From positions 381,698 through 445,697 of the forward strand of contig JAPDFW010000071.1 in NCBI GenBank assembly GCA_028826165.1: a DNA stretch of 64,000 nucleotides. The letters run 5' to 3'. Both the position numbers and the translations under genes were made by a program. This stretch comes from Anaeramoeba ignava BMAN (taxonomy: Eukaryota; Protista; Anaeramoebae). Below, piece by piece: positions 61,301 to 64,000 of this stretch. The notes below the pieces were generated by a model. The model made no database searches and was not told the origin of the DNA. It saw only the letters and a program-made list of their open reading frames with translations. Position 1 is the stretch's first letter. Every line of letters begins with the position of its first letter.

Positions 61301-64000
61301 GAAATTAATTTTTTTAATGGTTCAAAATTAATAGCTTCAATAAATTCAATTGTATGAAATATTATTGAAATAATTTCATTTGTAATTTTATTATCTTGAA
61401 GTTTCTTTCGAGAAATTGAAGCTATCATTAATGAATATTTTCCACTTTCATATTCTTTTAAATTATTAATTCCTTTCATTTCATTTTGGAAATGTTCTAC
61501 TAAACTTATTCCTTTTATATTTGGAATATCTATTTTATAATTAAATTCACAAGAAGCTAATTTATCCATTTTTATATCTGGAATTTTTTTTTGAAGATTT
61601 TGAATATTTTGTGATATAAATTGACTTAATTCTTTTTGTCCTTTTCTTTCATATATTATTTTGCATAAATAAACAATCCAATTAATTCCAAGTTCATTCT
61701 CAAATATTTTTGGATTCTCAATAATCATTTGATTTGGATTTTGAATAGAAAAAGATCTAAAATCTACTAATCGACTTATTTTATCAAAAGCTAATGGTTC
61801 TGTAATAAAATCTTCAAGAATAATTGCATTTTTTGAATTAGAATTATTGTTATTGTTTGATTTTGAAAATATCAATAAATCTTCGTTTTCAATTTTCTCT
61901 TTTTCATCAATCAAAATTTCTAAACATGAAAATGTAAGTTGATTATTACCATTTTGAAATAAATAATTTAAAGAATTATCCAAAATTTCTTTGAAAATTT
62001 TCCAAATATTTTTATCTTTTTTTGAATATGAAATTAATTCACGAATCAATGAATTCATTACAAAATTTGATTTTATAAAATTTAATCTTCGGATATCTAA
62101 TATTTTTTTTCTTTCCCAACTAATATATTTATAAATTGATTAAAGTTTTCTTTTGCCTCATTTTCTTGTAAATTTGATTCAAATATAATTTGTTTTGAAT
62201 TAATATTTTTCCAACATTTTCAAAAGTAAAGTGTACAATAACCTCGAATTAAAGTTTGGTTTACTTTCCTTCTATGCTCTAATTGTTTTATTACTTCAGA
62301 TCCTGGATATTTTTTTTATCTATTTTTTTTCGGTTGAGATTCTTTCCAAAATTTAATAAATAGATCAGTAATATATTTGTTTAATTCATTTTGTTTCTTG
62401 TTTTTCATAATTTTTGAATAATTCAAAATAATTTCTTTTTGTTTTTCTTTTCTTAATTTTTCATTGAATGGAAATAATAAGGAAATAAAAATATTTCTTA
62501 ATATCAAAAGTTTACTCCAATTTTCAATTAATTCTTTGGTTTTTTTCTTTGTTTTTTCATTATTTTTATTTTTACAATTTTTAATTAATGATAATAAAAT
62601 ATTTTGAATTTCGAAATTTGATTTTGAAATGATTCCACATACAAACTTTTTTAGACGATTATCTTTTTCATTAAATAATATATTTCTTAAACTTGAAAAA
62701 TAATTTTCAAGAAATGAAAATATTGAAAATGTTTTCTTTTTTAATTCTTGTGATGTTTTCAATGTTTTAAGGATTGCCAATGAATTGAAATAATGTTGAA
62801 TCAAAAATATATTATCTAACAAAGATTTTATATATTGAAAGAAAGTTGAATGAATTTCTTTTAAAGATAATCTAATAATTTTCTTATCATTAAATAATTC
62901 AATAAGATTTATCAAATTAATTTGAATTTGATTAAATTTTTCTAAATTTGTTTTTCCTATTGCAAAAATAAGGAAATCATTTAAATATCTAGAAAGAATA
63001 TTTTCAATTTCAATTTGATTTTCAATTTCAATTTGATTTTCAATTTCAATTTTAATTTCAATTTGATTTTCAATTTGATTTTCAATTTGATTTTCAATTT
63101 GAATTTTAATTTGATTTTCAATTTGATTTTCAATTTCAATTTGATTTTGATTTTCATTTTCAATTTGATTTTCAATTTGATTTTCAATTTGATTTTCAAT
63201 TTCAATTTCATTTTGATTTTGATTTTGATTTTGAATTTCAATTTCATTTTCAATTTTATTTTGATTTTGATTTTGATTTTGATTTTGATTTTCAATTTCA
63301 ATTTTATTTTGATTTTGGATTTGATTTTGAATTTGAATTTCATTTTCATTTTCATTTTGATTTTCAATTTCAATTTGATTTTGATTTTGATTTTGATTTT
63401 GATTTTGATTTTGATTTTGATTTTGAATTTGATTTTCATTTTCAATTTGATTTTGATTTTGATTTTCAATTTCAATTTGATTTTGGTTTTGATTTTGATT
63501 TTGATTTTGATTTTGATTTTGATTTTGATTTTGATTTTGATTTTGATTTTCAATTTGATTTTGATTTTGATTTTCAATTTGATTTTGATTTTGATTTTGA
63601 TTTTGATTTTGATTTTGATTTTGATTTTCATTTTCAATTTGAATTTGAATTTGATTAATTTCTTTGAAAAGAGAACATTCATAAAATGGTAAATTAATTA
63701 ATTCATTTAAAACTTTCATATCTTTTGAAATAAAACCAAAATCTTCAATAAGTGAATAAATATAGAATGAAAATGGAAATTTTGAATTTTGAAATTTATC
63801 TTTCAAAAAAAATTCATAACATGGAATTTCATATTCTTGTAAAATTGTAATCCAAATTCTTTTAATAATTAATTCTTCTTTTGATTCTTTTTCTTTGTTA
63901 TTTAACAATTTCAAATTTTGATTTAAATTTAAATTATTAAGCATTAAACCAAAGATTTTGGAAATTTTTGAAAGAAAAATATCAAAAAGAATAAAAAGTT
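58318..64000 (-). CDS. C-terminal part of a giant RNF213/mysterin-like E3 ligase with RZ-type zinc finger (starts beyond the window; frameshifts near 62100 and 62320)
   Basis: [42 protein letters not shown] fits the RZ-finger pattern; [10 protein letters not shown] upstream. The two long ORFs are bridged by coding-like sequence without splice sites. Confidence 0.8.

Noticed and set aside
1-64000. U12-type introns, inteins, transposases, tRNA/rRNA genes, telomeric repeats, alternative genetic code
   Set aside because: None recognisable by eye. Donors are GTAA/GTAT-type, there are no Hint motifs, and TAA, TAG and TGA all terminate conserved genes.

Overview
Extremely AT-rich eukaryotic (protist) genomic DNA using the standard code and GT-AG spliceosomal introns. 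Many introns and intergenic gaps are inflated by local micro/minisatellites. The ANK-BTB genes, QN tracts and TCATTTT Inr-like elements suggest a metamonad such as Anaeramoeba; this is inference only. I assembled about 23 genes by hand, most of them missed or fragmented by the ORF track: an unknown partial gene, a repeat-rich SH3 protein, FCF1, an ankyrin-BTB-BTB protein, a USP4/11/15-like deubiquitinase, an MFS transporter, HMG-box, RING-H2, RRM and GATAD1-like proteins, a truncated BTB gene, a BAP31-like protein, WDR82, CLP1, an HExxH protein, two F-box/TMEM185-like paralogs, three SDRs, TRM11, a 15-exon ARM protein and the C-terminus of an RNF213-like giant E3. The standout is the ankyrin-BTB gene (7051-9111). 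In each of its four ankyrin beta-hairpins, the two variable tip residues (xx of D/N-x-x-G-x-T-P-L) are each encoded by their own 3-nt single-codon microexon flanked by canonical AG/GT. That gives 8 microexons and 12 phase-0 introns. Several single-base frameshifts in homopolymer runs look like long-read assembly errors.
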